Of a stretch of 64,000 nt of DNA, positions 30,206 to 40,379 are shown piece after piece (position 1 is the stretch's first letter; each line of letters begins with the position of its first letter). The DNA is from Candidatus Bilamarchaeaceae archaeon (GTDB taxonomy: Archaea > Micrarchaeota > Micrarchaeia > Anstonellales > Bilamarchaeaceae): the NCBI GenBank assembly GCA_038851325.1, contig JAWCKZ010000001.1, positions 32,001 to 96,000 of the forward strand, given 5' to 3'. The notes under the pieces were generated by a model. The model saw nothing but the letters and a program-made list of their open reading frames with translations, had not been told where the DNA came from and made no database searches. The position numbers were made by a program, and so were the translations under genes.

Positions 30206-30716
30206 CATCCGAATGTCTAATATCCTGAAGGTTCCTGTTATTTATATAAAGGATAAGCAAGCCTTTGAGAAGTATGCTGGAACCTTGCGGCTGCTCGGCA
30301 GTGCCCCTGAGATCGCAAGAGAGTTAAGCAAAAAATATAGATTGCTACATGTAGTTGATCTTGATCTTAAAGGCGGCAGCTTAGCAAATTTTGATATATA
30401 TGATAAGCTTACATATTTCATTCACATCCAAGTAGAGTGCAGTAATGAAAGCGCTGCAAGACGCCTCCTGCAACTAAATGCACGCATAGTGGTAGAACTT
30501 CCAACTAAACTGCCGCTTGAAGAATGGAACAAAAGACTGCTCGTTGGTATTGTTAGTGGTGATGAAGATGCAGCTCTCGTGCATGACGTAATTATCCGAA
30601 ATCCATCGAAAGAAAAAATAGATAAATATCGTTCACAAGGAAAGCGTATAATGCTCTACGAAAACGAATGGGATCAAAAGGAAGACATATGGGCGGTTAT
30701 TTTGTCAAAACCTTGA
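30198..30716 (+). CDS. Truncated HisA/HisF-like TIM-barrel protein
   Basis: N-terminal VPVIYIKD and LHVVDLD motifs; only 172 aa. Confidence 0.55.
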   Translation: MANIRMSNILKVPVIYIKDKQAFEKYAGTLRLLGSAPEIARELSKKYRLLHVVDLDLKGGSLANFDIYDKLTYFIHIQVECSNESAARRLLQLNARIVVELPTKLPLEEWNKRLLVGIVSGDEDAALVHDVIIRNPSKEKIDKYRSQGKRIMLYENEWDQKEDIWAVILSKP

Positions 30717-31398
30717 CGCCTTCTTTTCCTATCTCAAAGTAATAACGCTTCATGGAATGAGGCGCGCCTTTCATTTTTATGACTTCGATAAAGCGTAGCC
30801 GTTCGTTTTTCTTTTGATCAAAGTAATATGATAGATTTATCCAACCGTCCGTAAAACTTTCTATTCCGTATGTGGTGTTTGGGAGCGCGTCCAGAGAGGA
30901 TACGGTTGTATCCTCTGATATTATCAACGTCGTTGTCTCCCATTTTCTTATATTATCAATGAACTTAAGGAAGCCGTTTTTTCTTTCTTCCTCCCCTTTA
31001 AAGTAAAGCGCGATCGGCATTATCGAATCTATCACAACGCGCTTCACTCCAGATTTATTTATTATCTCCTTTATACCACCGGACTGCTGGATGAATTGGT
31101 CTACTTCATACACAGGATAGTCTAAGAAAATAAGTTTTTGCTTCTTCTCTATACCCTCGATGTCCCACGCATATCCGCTCATATTAAAGAGCATAGAGTC
31201 TCTGCTCTCTTCTATGGAGATGTACATTCCAGGCTCATCAAACTGGTATGCACCAATATATAGAAACTGCATACCAAATGTGCTTTTTCCAACCCCTGTT
31301 GGTCCACCTATGGTTATGATAGAATTCTCTAAGAAGCCGCCATTAAGAACTTTATCCAGGCCCGGGATGCCAGATTTTATAAACTTCCTTTCTCTCAT
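30697..31398 (-). CDS. KaiC/RAD55-family RecA-superfamily ATPase
   Basis: SGIPGLD, GPTGVGKS Walker A, SIEE, VVIDS, KMKG. Confidence 0.9.
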   Translation of the reverse strand: MRERKFIKSGIPGLDKVLNGGFLENSIITIGGPTGVGKSTFGMQFLYIGAYQFDEPGMYISIEESRDSMLFNMSGYAWDIEGIEKKQKLIFLDYPVYEVDQFIQQSGGIKEIINKSGVKRVVIDSIMPIALYFKGEEERKNGFLKFIDNIRKWETTTLIISEDTTVSSLDALPNTTYGIESFTDGWINLSYYFDQKKNERLRFIEVIKMKGAPHSMKRYYFEIGKEGVKVLTK

Positions 31399-31401
31399 TT
31401 T

Positions 31402-31899
31402 TCACCCCTTCTTCTCTAGGAGTTTTTTGCCTGCCTCAGCCCTAAAGACTAACTGACGCTGTAGCTCTGCAATCTCTTCCGGCTTTGCCAACTTTGTTAA
31501 TATAAGTCTTTTGTAATCTGCGGTGGTTGCAGAGAGTAGAGCAAGGAGTTCATGTGCCTCGCTTAGACTAAATCTTATATCGTTTGGTCTCAAAATCTCA
31601 ATGGAAAAGGGAGAGTGAGTAAGGCAGATATTCGCAAGTGTTGAAAAATTCTTGGTCAAAACTTTTAATTCTATCGATGATGAATAGTTTTTTCCTTCAC
31701 CACCCGCGATTGGTTCGTCTATCTCACCAAGAGCATAAACAACCCCGGGAGTGTAGATTATATGCTGGATAAAGCCCGCGCCGAGGTTCTGAACATCCTC
31801 TTTAGTGGCTGCGTGGATATCAAAATACAGAAGCGCGAGCACGCCTCCTTCCGCTATCGTTTTTTCAGTAATTTTTTTAATATCTTTCTTGTCTTCCAT
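31402..31899 (-). CDS. Hypothetical protein
   Basis: ORF between radA and the KaiC-like gene; PFSIEILRP motif. Confidence 0.7.
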   Translation of the reverse strand: MEDKKDIKKITEKTIAEGGVLALLYFDIHAATKEDVQNLGAGFIQHIIYTPGVVYALGEIDEPIAGGEGKNYSSSIELKVLTKNFSTLANICLTHSPFSIEILRPNDIRFSLSEAHELLALLSATTADYKRLILTKLAKPEEIAELQRQLVFRAEAGKKLLEKKG

Positions 31900-31929
31900 A
31901 AACATTTTCTGTTCGTAAGCGCTTAAAAA

Positions 31930-32877
31930 TCAATCTGTTATCCCCTTCTTCGTTACCCTAAACACGCACTCGCCCTCTGGCAGATTTGGACTATCGACAA
32001 GACGAGCTATTCTTTTATCATCCTTTCCCTTCCTTAGGTATAGTCTGTATGTCGAAGCGTGCGCAAGCACATGGCCACCTATTGGTTTAGTTGGATCACC
32101 GAATAGCATACCTGGATCGTCCATAACCTGGTTCGTTACATAAACAGCAAGATTATAGGTATCTGCAAGCCTCTGCAGGGTATGCATATGTTTGTTAAGC
32201 TTCTGCTGTCTTTCACCAAGCGCTCCTCTACCAGTGTAGTCAGCCCTAAAATGAGAGGTAAGCGAATCAATGATAATAAGTTTAATGTTTTTTTCTTTTA
32301 TGAGTTCCTCGGCTTTGTCTATTATAACCATTTGATGGTCACTGCTTTCAGCACGGACTATATATATGTTCTTCAGCACTTGCGCAGGATCCAATCCAGC
32401 ACCTTCTGCTATCTGCGCTACTCTCTCTGGCCTAAATGTATGTTCTGTGTCAATAAAAAGAACGCTTCCGCCGAGCCCGCCAGCTCCTTCAGGCTTTTGA
32501 ACATTTACTGAAAGTTGAAATGCGAGCTGACTTTTTCCAGAACTAAATCTAGCGTAAGCTTCTGTTATTGCCTGTGTTTCTACACCGCCGCCCAAAAGCT
32601 CATCTAGCGCAGAAGAACCTGTTGTTATCTTTCCAACGCCTTTTCTTCTCTCATATACCGCATCTGCGGTCTCAACACCTATATCTATTGCTTCTTTCGC
32701 TGCTTCTATAGCTTTTTTTGCCGACTCCACCGACATTCCGGAAAGCTCAGAAAGGTCGTGAGGGCTTGCCGCTGCAATGGCAGAAAAGTTATCAAAACCT
32801 GCTGCCCTCAATTTTTCCGCTGTAGCCTCCCCCACACCAGGCAAATCCTCAAGTTCTTTATATATTTTCCTTGCCAT
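31930..32877 (-). CDS. radA: DNA repair and recombination protein RadA
   Basis: LEDLPGVG HhH, SGKSQ Walker [27 protein letters not shown]; no intein. Confidence 0.96.
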   Translation of the reverse strand: MARKIYKELEDLPGVGEATAEKLRAAGFDNFSAIAAASPHDLSELSGMSVESAKKAIEAAKEAIDIGVETADAVYERRKGVGKITTGSSALDELLGGGVETQAITEAYARFSSGKSQLAFQLSVNVQKPEGAGGLGGSVLFIDTEHTFRPERVAQIAEGAGLDPAQVLKNIYIVRAESSDHQMVIIDKAEELIKEKNIKLIIIDSLTSHFRADYTGRGALGERQQKLNKHMHTLQRLADTYNLAVYVTNQVMDDPGMLFGDPTKPIGGHVLAHASTYRLYLRKGKDDKRIARLVDSPNLPEGECVFRVTKKGITD

Positions 32878-32894
32878 AGTCACCCTCTCGATGC

Positions 32895-33197
32895 TCACTT
32901 GTTGTTCGGGAACACGAGAAGCTTTAGCTGCCCTATTCTTAAGGTATAGAATTCATTTCCGTTTCTTGATACGCTTTTCCACATGCCACCAACGTTTACA
33001 TAAATCAGGTTTCCATTCCTATCCCTATCAGGCTGCACAACCCTAAAATCAGGTCTCGCACCTGGTTGTCGAGTTGCATCACCACCAACTCCGCTCGGCT
33101 CGCTGCCCATCCCGTTCGACGACACTGATGGCTTGTCGTAAACCTCTTCAAATCCCTCATCAACAAGGTTTATTTCTTCATTCTTCATTTCAGTCAT
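32895..33197 (-). CDS. Small protein with DUF736-like domain
   Basis: PDFRV...[20 protein letters not shown]; acidic disordered N-terminus; GAGGTGA RBS. Confidence 0.6.
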   Translation of the reverse strand: MTEMKNEEINLVDEGFEEVYDKPSVSSNGMGSEPSGVGGDATRQPGARPDFRVVQPDRDRNGNLIYVNVGGMWKSVSRNGNEFYTLRIGQLKLLVFPNNK

Positions 33198-33220
33198 TTG
33201 CTCACCTCATTATGTATTCA

Positions 33221-33252
33221 TATATATTATGTATACATATACATAATATATA
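33221..33252. promoter_or_regulatory. Palindromic operator-like site upstream of the radA operon
   Basis: TATATATTATGTATA-CA-TATACATAATATATA, perfect 15-bp arms. Confidence 0.55.
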
Positions 33253-33353
33253 CTAAGGGCATTAGATATGATAGTTTTAAAAATAAATCGAACGCAGAGA
33301 GTAAAAATAAAAACCTTTTTATTTATTTTCATACACATTCAAAGCAATCTCAT

Positions 33354-34268
33354 ATGGCTGATACTATCGCGCTGAGGGATAAGATGGTTGTTTGCAGCAT
33401 AAAAAAGTATAACGTGGAGGATAAAGAAAAAAGAATAGTTTGCGTAGAGACTTCAAAAAGTATTCATGCTTCTAAAAAATTGAAAGGAACTATCTTTGAT
33501 CCTCAAAATGAAGAAATAATATACAAGATAGCAGAGCCTCTAAAAGAAATAGAGAACAATGCAGACCGGCTGCGGTATATTTATGAAATTTTTAATAACA
33601 AAAAAGAAAGCATAAAAAGTATTCTTTGCATAGGGTTGTTGAAAAACTGTTACTTTGAGGCTTCGTTTGATGAAAACCCGTTAACAGTAGCAGACATTAT
33701 AGAAGAGGACATCATAGAAGAGGATCAAAAAGGAATAATTTTACTGGGAAATGGTGTCGAGGTTATACTCATAAGCATAAGTGCTCTTAGGCTTGCCGAT
33801 ATACCCGCCTCTCCTGCTGTGATCTCACTGACAACGCCCTTTCGCAGCGAAATCATGTCCATGTTTTCTCTTGCAGTAATTGAAAAGAACCGCGCTTTTA
33901 TCTCACTCCCTTACTCCGAAGTTGATATAGAACCACAAACATCGATAGAAAAACTTGAAATACTTAATGACAACGAAGCAAAAGGATTGATAGATCTCGC
34001 TATAGCCAATGACATGCTAAACAGAATGGTAAGCAAAGCAAATATAGCAGAGGAGAACAACAAAAATCTAATCGAGATGATTGGAAAAGAGACCGTCCAG
34101 TTTATTTTTGCTGCTACTTTTTTAGATAAACACTGGAAAAACAATCCATATCGTAGATGTTTGCTCGAATGTTTAGAGGAGTACTTAAAAAGGAATTTCG
34201 GCGAGACCAGAGGGGCTGAGATGGCAAAAGACGTTGAGAAGCTGATCAAAAATCTTAGAAAAACTTAA
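33354..34268 (+). CDS. Hypothetical protein
   Basis: About 304-aa ORF from ATG 33354. Confidence 0.65.
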   Translation: MADTIALRDKMVVCSIKKYNVEDKEKRIVCVETSKSIHASKKLKGTIFDPQNEEIIYKIAEPLKEIENNADRLRYIYEIFNNKKESIKSILCIGLLKNCYFEASFDENPLTVADIIEEDIIEEDQKGIILLGNGVEVILISISALRLADIPASPAVISLTTPFRSEIMSMFSLAVIEKNRAFISLPYSEVDIEPQTSIEKLEILNDNEAKGLIDLAIANDMLNRMVSKANIAEENNKNLIEMIGKETVQFIFAATFLDKHWKNNPYRRCLLECLEEYLKRNFGETRGAEMAKDVEKLIKNLRKT

Positions 34269-34270
34269 AT

Positions 34271-34344
34271 CGGGCCCGACGCGATTTGAACGCGTACCCC
34301 AAGGTCCGAAGCCTTGTCGGCTATCCAGGTTACCACACGGGCCC
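34271..34344 (-). tRNA. tRNA-Arg(TCG)
   Basis: Cloverleaf: GGGCCCG/CGGGCCC, CAAGG-CTTCGGA-CCTTG, ACGCG-TTCAAAT-CGCGT; intronless. Confidence 0.95.
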
Positions 34345-34626
34345 TTTTTATGTATTCCTCCTGTTTTCTTAAGTTTCTTTCTGTTTTCTCTGTTTTCTAA
34401 ATGTTTTCTATGTGCCGTGGGCTTATGTTTTTCTCAGGCCACGGCGGTCGTGGAGGTTTTCTTACTATTTAGGTTTTCTTACTGGTTTTTTAAGTTTCTT
34501 TCTGTTTTCTCTGCTTTCTAAATGTTTTCAAGGTGCCGCAGGCTTGCTGTTTCTCTCAGGCTGCGGCGGTCGTGGAGGTTTTCTTACTGGTTCTTTAAGT
34601 TTTTTTCTGTTTTCGCTATCTTTCTC
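34345..34626 (-). repeat. Stable-RNA-associated hairpin repeat, 2 tandem units plus a partial unit
   Basis: Hairpins at 34414-34445 and 34535-34567; near-identical to 48365-48485 and 49672-49894. Confidence 0.9.
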
Positions 34627-34687
34627 ATTGTGTTATATTTAAAAACGATCGCTGAAAAGTTATTTAGGATAGGCAGGGGGTGAAAGA

Positions 34688-35449
34688 ATGAAAGTGAAGG
34701 AATATATAGAAACAGAGATAGAAAAAAAGGGTGCGCTTTTCTTTGCGCTCATAGACCCTCTTGATTACAATAGCCTTGAAAATGCTGTAAAAACAGCAAG
34801 GGATGCTGATGAGGCAGACGCAGACTTAATACTCGTTGGAGGAAGTACCGGCGTACAGGGCGTAATATTGGATGAGATAACAAAAAGGATAAAGGAAAAT
34901 GTTTCCAAACCTGTTGTTCTTTTCCCCGGCAACATAGGAACACTCACAAAGTACGCGGATGGTGTTTATTTTATGTCGATGTTGAACTCTCGCAATCCTT
35001 ATTGGATAAGCGAAGCACAAATGCTGGCAGCACCTGTTGTTAAGAGATACGGAATAGAACCGCTTTCAGTAGGATATGTAGTTGTAGAGCCCGGAGGGAC
35101 TGTAGGGTGGGTTGGCGATTCTCGTCTTATACCTAGAAATAGACCAAAACTTGCTGCAGCTTACGCACTTGCTGCAGAATACATGGGATTTGACTTTTTC
35201 ATAACAGATGCTGGAAGTAATCCTGCTGAAGGACCAATACCGGTTGAGATGGTAAAAGCTGTTGCTTCTGCAATAAACATAAATTACATCGTTGCCGGTG
35301 GAATAAGAAAACCAGAAGAGGCAAGACGCATCGCAGAAGCAGGTGCAGATGCGATTCAAGTAGGAACTTATCTTGAGAAGGAGACCGAAAAGGGTAAGAT
35401 AGAGGCTATGATAAAGGCGCTAAGAGAAGGAGCAAAATCAAGAGTGTAA
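34688..35449 (+). CDS. Geranylgeranylglyceryl phosphate synthase
   Basis: LIDP, ILVGGS, PVVLFPG, SMLNSRNPYWI, GYVVVEPGG, AGGIR. Confidence 0.92.
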   Translation: MKVKEYIETEIEKKGALFFALIDPLDYNSLENAVKTARDADEADADLILVGGSTGVQGVILDEITKRIKENVSKPVVLFPGNIGTLTKYADGVYFMSMLNSRNPYWISEAQMLAAPVVKRYGIEPLSVGYVVVEPGGTVGWVGDSRLIPRNRPKLAAAYALAAEYMGFDFFITDAGSNPAEGPIPVEMVKAVASAININYIVAGGIRKPEEARRIAEAGADAIQVGTYLEKETEKGKIEAMIKALREGAKSRV

Positions 35450-35494
35450 TAAAATTTGAAAAAATAAGAAGATAGGAAAAATTCGAGAAAGAAG

Positions 35495-37165
35495 CTAATC
35501 CATTTCCATCCCGCCGCCCATTCCGCCCGCACCGCCGGCTCCGCCTGGTCCGCTAGAAGGCGCTCCGCTCTTTCCCTTAGAACTTATTATATCATCTATT
35601 CTCAACATAAGTCTTGCAGTTTCTGTAGCTGAGCTTATTGCTTGCTTTTTAACGCGTGCTGGCTCAAGCACTCCAAGCTTTTCCATATCGTCAACCTTAC
35701 CACGTAAAACATCAACACCATAGGTCATTCCATCTTTGCTTCCCTTGTGCTTATTCCTGAGAGTTACTATGCAGTCTATTGCGTCCATTCCTGCGTTTTC
35801 CGCAAGTGCTTTCGGGATAGACTCCAGCGCCTCTGCAAAGGCTTGAATCGCAAGTTGTTCTCTCCCTCCTATCTTCACAGCATACTCTTGAAGGGCTGCG
35901 CTAATAGCCATTTCTGCGCTCCCACCACCAACAACATACTTTCCGTACTCTATCGCGGCCCCCACAGCGCCAATCGCGTCCTTTACAGCACGCTCAACTT
36001 CACTTACAACATGTTCTGTCCCGCCACGCACAAAGATAGAAACGCTCTTTGGATCCTTGCATTCACGGACGAATACCATTGCTTCTCCCGCGATTTTTTT
36101 CTCTTCGACAAGTCCAGCGTATCCAAGGTCGGCCTCGCTTAAGTCATCAAGACTGGATGCTATCTTTCCACCTGTAGCGCGTGCTAGCTTTTCCATATCG
36201 CTCTTCTTCACACGTCTTACAGCCATTATTTTCGCCTTTGCAAGATAGTGCTGCGCGAGATCGTCTATTCCTTTCTGACAGAAAACAACGTTCGCTCCGG
36301 ATTTCTGTATCTTATCGACCATCTCCTTTAGCATTTTTTCCTCCTGCTTTAGGAAAGACTCCATCTGTTCGGGCGATGTTATCTCTATCTTCGCATCTGT
36401 TTCAGTCTTCTCAACCTCAAGAGCAGCATCAAGGAGCGCTATCTTTGCATTCTTTACTGTTTTCGGCATTCCGGCATGCACCACCTCTTTATCGACAACG
36501 ATACCATTAATCAGTTCTGTATCGAGCACTGCCCCGCCTGCCTTTTTCTCTATTTGTACAAAATCAGAATCAACAACATATTTACCATTTTTCTTTTGTG
36601 CAACCTGCTTTAGAGCTGTAACAACAATGCTCGCTATCTTCTTCTTTTCCTCTTCGCTTCCTATCCCCTTTGAGCCCATGGAGATAAGCGCTATTTTCTG
36701 GAGTGTTTCTGCATCATCTGGCGTAACATTTTTGCTTATCCTATCGAGCACATTGCATGCCTCGCGTTCTGCTAATTCATAACCTTTTATGATAGTAGTG
36801 GGATGGATACCTTGCTCCAGGAGCATACCTGCATTCTTTAAAAGGTTTCCTCCGATAACAACCGATGTAGTCGTGCCATCTCCGACCTCCTTGTCCTGTG
36901 TTTTAGCAACTTCAACCATAAGTTTGGCAGCCGGATGGTCTACATTCATCTCCTCGAGAATGGTGGCACCATCGTTAGTTATTACAATGTCGCCCAGGTC
37001 GCTCACAAGCATTTTGTCCATACCTTTTGGGCCCAGGGTCGTTTTTACTATGTTCGCCACTGCATAGCCAATGGCGATATTTATTCTCATCGCGTCCCTA
37101 CCCAAAATCCTTTGCGCCCCTTCTGGGAGCACATAGACTTGCTCTCCACCAACCTGTTTAGCCAT
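35495..37165 (-). CDS. ths: Thermosome subunit (group II chaperonin)
   Basis: [25 protein letters not shown], Gly/Met tail. Confidence 0.97.
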   Translation of the reverse strand: MAKQVGGEQVYVLPEGAQRILGRDAMRINIAIGYAVANIVKTTLGPKGMDKMLVSDLGDIVITNDGATILEEMNVDHPAAKLMVEVAKTQDKEVGDGTTTSVVIGGNLLKNAGMLLEQGIHPTTIIKGYELAEREACNVLDRISKNVTPDDAETLQKIALISMGSKGIGSEEEKKKIASIVVTALKQVAQKKNGKYVVDSDFVQIEKKAGGAVLDTELINGIVVDKEVVHAGMPKTVKNAKIALLDAALEVEKTETDAKIEITSPEQMESFLKQEEKMLKEMVDKIQKSGANVVFCQKGIDDLAQHYLAKAKIMAVRRVKKSDMEKLARATGGKIASSLDDLSEADLGYAGLVEEKKIAGEAMVFVRECKDPKSVSIFVRGGTEHVVSEVERAVKDAIGAVGAAIEYGKYVVGGGSAEMAISAALQEYAVKIGGREQLAIQAFAEALESIPKALAENAGMDAIDCIVTLRNKHKGSKDGMTYGVDVLRGKVDDMEKLGVLEPARVKKQAISSATETARLMLRIDDIISSKGKSGAPSSGPGGAGGAGGMGGGMEMD

Positions 37166-37400
37166 ATTCTCACCTTTTTCAACATTTGCTTTAGCATTTT
37201 TGAACAGCGCGATTCAATAAGACTCAAACTCGGCTTTAAGTCTAAAAATTGGCGTAAATATTTTACTAAAAAAATTTTTAAATCTTTATTTTAGTCGTTC
37301 TCGAGCCTGCCGCAAATTAGGGAAAAACTTTTAATTCGCAACACCCTACGTTCTCGTATATTATCACTCCGCGCATATCGCCAAAAGAAGAGCATAGTCC

Positions 37401-38063
37401 TCAGATAAAACTAGAACCGAATAAATGACCTACCTTGCATCTTTTCCTTCTTGCCTCCCGTCCGAGCCGCATAAGGGCGGTCTCAAAATTTACAAAATCA
37501 TACCCTGGAATTCTATGCTCAGTCCAGAACTCCTTCGCATTCCTTATCCCAAGTTCTTTTGCAGCTGCTGTTGCAAGATGCCCAAGCGAAGGATTGGCCT
37601 TTTTCCACACGCCACGAAGATCACGGAGAAAGATGGTAGTGGTGGTTGGACCAATGCCACGAAATTCCTGCAATCTCTTTTCAAGATCCTTGCTATCCTT
37701 AGCCAGTTTATGTAACCTGTTCAGACTTCCGCGGTATTTATCACCGAGAAGTTTCATACAGGAAATCAAATCGTCTGCGGTGCTAAAATCATAGCGCACG
37801 TAGCCGCCCGCATCAAGCGCGTCCACAAGCTCATTCCAATTTGCTCTCTTCATACGCTCAAATGAGAGAAGGCCGCGCCTGGCGAATTCCTTATAGGTGT
37901 TCAATACTATGGTTTCTGTTATTCTTGCGCCAAAAAGGATGGATGCAATAAACCATTTAAACAGTTCGCTGTCTTTTTTGCTTTTCAATTTTATTCCAAG
38001 AATGTCAGAATATTTTTCACCATACCTTTGAAGGATGCCCTTAAGATTAAACTTCCGCTTCAC
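37401..38063 (-). CDS. HhH-GPD-like DNA-binding/repair protein
   Basis: LFKWFxASILFGARI, GGYVRYD, FRGIGPTTxxIFLRDL. Confidence 0.75.
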   Translation of the reverse strand: MKRKFNLKGILQRYGEKYSDILGIKLKSKKDSELFKWFIASILFGARITETIVLNTYKEFARRGLLSFERMKRANWNELVDALDAGGYVRYDFSTADDLISCMKLLGDKYRGSLNRLHKLAKDSKDLEKRLQEFRGIGPTTTTIFLRDLRGVWKKANPSLGHLATAAAKELGIRNAKEFWTEHRIPGYDFVNFETALMRLGREARRKRCKVGHLFGSSFI

Positions 38064-38971
38064 CTTGTCAGCACCTCATTTCCATCAGAGGTTATAAGCA
38101 CTGTATGCTCTGCCTGAGCAACAATTCCACCGCCAGCTTCCTTCAAAACAGGATACCCCTTCAAAATTTTGCCTTCCAGCATCTCCTTAAGTGCAGCGTT
38201 AACAAGAAGTTTTGATGAAAACGCACGGATAACCCACCGCTCTGCAAACGGCAAGACTCCATATTCTGTTAGAATATACTCAAAAATCTTTTTCGATTGT
38301 CTCATTTTCACAGCCCCAACATCATAGAAGCTGAATATGTTAACTTCATCAGTATCTATAACATAGCCTGCCCCAGTGGTCAAAAAAGGTTCTACTGCGA
38401 AGATGTCACCCTCCTTAAGTACGTAGTCGTCGTCTGTCCTCAAATTTGGGACATCAACACCAGCATGAAGTATACCTGTCTTTATCTTATGCCCACTAAG
38501 GTTGCTTATTGTTTTATATCCGTGCTTTTTTGCTGTTTCCTCTATCACGCCACCTATTTCACCAACTTTTTTGTCAGGCTTCATCTCTTTAATCGCATTT
38601 TCAAGGGCGTCCTCTGTTGCTTTTATAAGCTGACCACTCTTTCCGCTTAGGTCTATGGTATACGCTGTATCACCTATAGCTCCGTTCAATGCTACCCCTA
38701 TATCAACCTTCACAACCATGTTTTCATCTATCGTTCTTGTATCGTTTATTGTCGGCGTAAAATGCGCAGCAATGTCATTCACTGAAATGTTCACAGGAAA
38801 GGCAGGTTTTGCTCCCTCTGCCACTATCATTTGCTCTATGGTCTCAGCTATATCAAGAAGCGGTTCATCAACCATGATAAGTCTTTTGCTCTCCTCACGT
38901 ATCTTTGCAGCAAGCCTACCAACTGTTCTAAAATCGTCAACATCATCCACTACATCAAATGCGTATTCCAT
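38060..38971 (-). CDS. map: Methionine aminopeptidase type II
   Basis: AFP, AAH, KVDIG, DTAYT, LSGH, AVEPF, AQAEHT. Confidence 0.95.
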   Translation of the reverse strand: MEYAFDVVDDVDDFRTVGRLAAKIREESKRLIMVDEPLLDIAETIEQMIVAEGAKPAFPVNISVNDIAAHFTPTINDTRTIDENMVVKVDIGVALNGAIGDTAYTIDLSGKSGQLIKATEDALENAIKEMKPDKKVGEIGGVIEETAKKHGYKTISNLSGHKIKTGILHAGVDVPNLRTDDDYVLKEGDIFAVEPFLTTGAGYVIDTDEVNIFSFYDVGAVKMRQSKKIFEYILTEYGVLPFAERWVIRAFSSKLLVNAALKEMLEGKILKGYPVLKEAGGGIVAQAEHTVLITSDGNEVLTR

Positions 38972-38994
38972 GTGATGATTTTTGTCAATTGCAT

Positions 38995-40353
38995 TTAAAA
39001 TTGTTCATTTTCAAGTGAGGCCATGTCAGCGATAACAATATCAGCAAACGCTCTGTCAAAATCGCTAACATTTCTATTTTCTTTTATTGTTTCCATTTCC
39101 TTTACAAGTTCGTAAAGCGCATTCCTTGCAGCCTCCGAACCACCCCTGCATAGCATAAGAAGGACTTTATACCCACATATCTGCTTTGTGGTATCTTGAT
39201 CGTCTAAGAACTCCTTTGCTGTATTTATGAGCTTATTCTCAAGATTCTTAGCGTTCTCTTCGGAAAGCGTTGTGAAGTTTAAGAAGCTTCTTGTTATGGC
39301 TGACATCTGGAGACGCAGATTATTGAACAATGTTTTTAAGTTGTGTAAAATTTTAGATACCCTTTCTCTATCAGCATCGTCTTTTTTTAAGAGGGCGTCT
39401 AGTTTCTGCGCGATCTGTTTAAGCATCGTCGTAGCCATGTTATACATAACAGTGCTTTCTATATCAACAAGAGACGAAAGTACGCTTTCTGTGGGTCCGT
39501 TTACTATATTGTCATTTAATAATAATTTTAGTTCCACACGCAGGTATGACTTCTGATGTAACCGTAAACCATTTTCTATAATGGATAGCGCTGTGTCTCT
39601 TGTTTTAGGATCATCAAGTGATTTTAGCAAAATTTTGGAAAGCCCAAAAGGCATACCATGCTCGCAAAAAGATTTGAGTATATTTTCTCTTGTTTCCGCT
39701 GGAAGCCGATCAAAATTTTCTGCCACCCACCTACCCGGGAGCGAACCACGATATAATCTGTTCGCTAGAAAAGACGCGCCGCGTTTTAACACCTCGTCTC
39801 CACCTTCTGTTTCCATTAGTTTTTCTAATACGAATGTCACTATCTGATCATCATAATGATCAAGAAGTTCTTCCCAGAATTCGGCGCGATAATAGTTACA
39901 GTGCCACAATGCCTTAACAGCATTTCTTGCGTTTACTATCGCTTTTTCATTCTTTGGATTGTAGTTTTCAACAACCTCAATTAAAGAGGTAGTTAGTTTT
40001 TTATCAAACTCAAAATCTTCCCATCCTTCTGCTTTACTGATATTCAGGACAAGCTTTATCAGAGAGTCACACAGCTCTAGGTCTCCATAATACCTTGAAT
40101 TTGTCCTTTTTATATCTTGAGCGAGGCTCTTCTCTCTAAACTTTTTCCTCTCATCATTTGTGCACGCCATGTATGCTTCTTGTAGTTTGTTGATTGCCTC
40201 CTGACCATGCTTGTACTTTTTATATAATCTTCTGAGCTCTCTCTTTCTTTTCCATTTTTCTAACAGTAATCGGATTGCATTTTTTCCTGTTTTGACCTTA
40301 TTCTCACTGCCAATGCGATCGACTGTATCATTATCCACTGTACTATTAATCAT
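38995..40353 (-). CDS. Hypothetical alpha-helical (HEAT-like) protein
   Basis: 452-aa Leu-rich helical ORF. Confidence 0.65.
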   Translation of the reverse strand: MINSTVDNDTVDRIGSENKVKTGKNAIRLLLEKWKRKRELRRLYKKYKHGQEAINKLQEAYMACTNDERKKFREKSLAQDIKRTNSRYYGDLELCDSLIKLVLNISKAEGWEDFEFDKKLTTSLIEVVENYNPKNEKAIVNARNAVKALWHCNYYRAEFWEELLDHYDDQIVTFVLEKLMETEGGDEVLKRGASFLANRLYRGSLPGRWVAENFDRLPAETRENILKSFCEHGMPFGLSKILLKSLDDPKTRDTALSIIENGLRLHQKSYLRVELKLLLNDNIVNGPTESVLSSLVDIESTVMYNMATTMLKQIAQKLDALLKKDDADRERVSKILHNLKTLFNNLRLQMSAITRSFLNFTTLSEENAKNLENKLINTAKEFLDDQDTTKQICGYKVLLMLCRGGSEAARNALYELVKEMETIKENRNVSDFDRAFADIVIADMASLENEQF

Positions 40354-40379
40354 AAATAAATAATACTAAGAAACATTTT

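Noticed and set aside
33354..34344. Integrated element at the tRNA-Arg 3' end
   Set aside because: No integrase and no duplicated tRNA 3' end; only one orphan gene.
34412..34642. 76-aa Phe/Leu-rich ORF
   Set aside because: Translation of the T-rich strand of the repeat, with a GTG start and no RBS.
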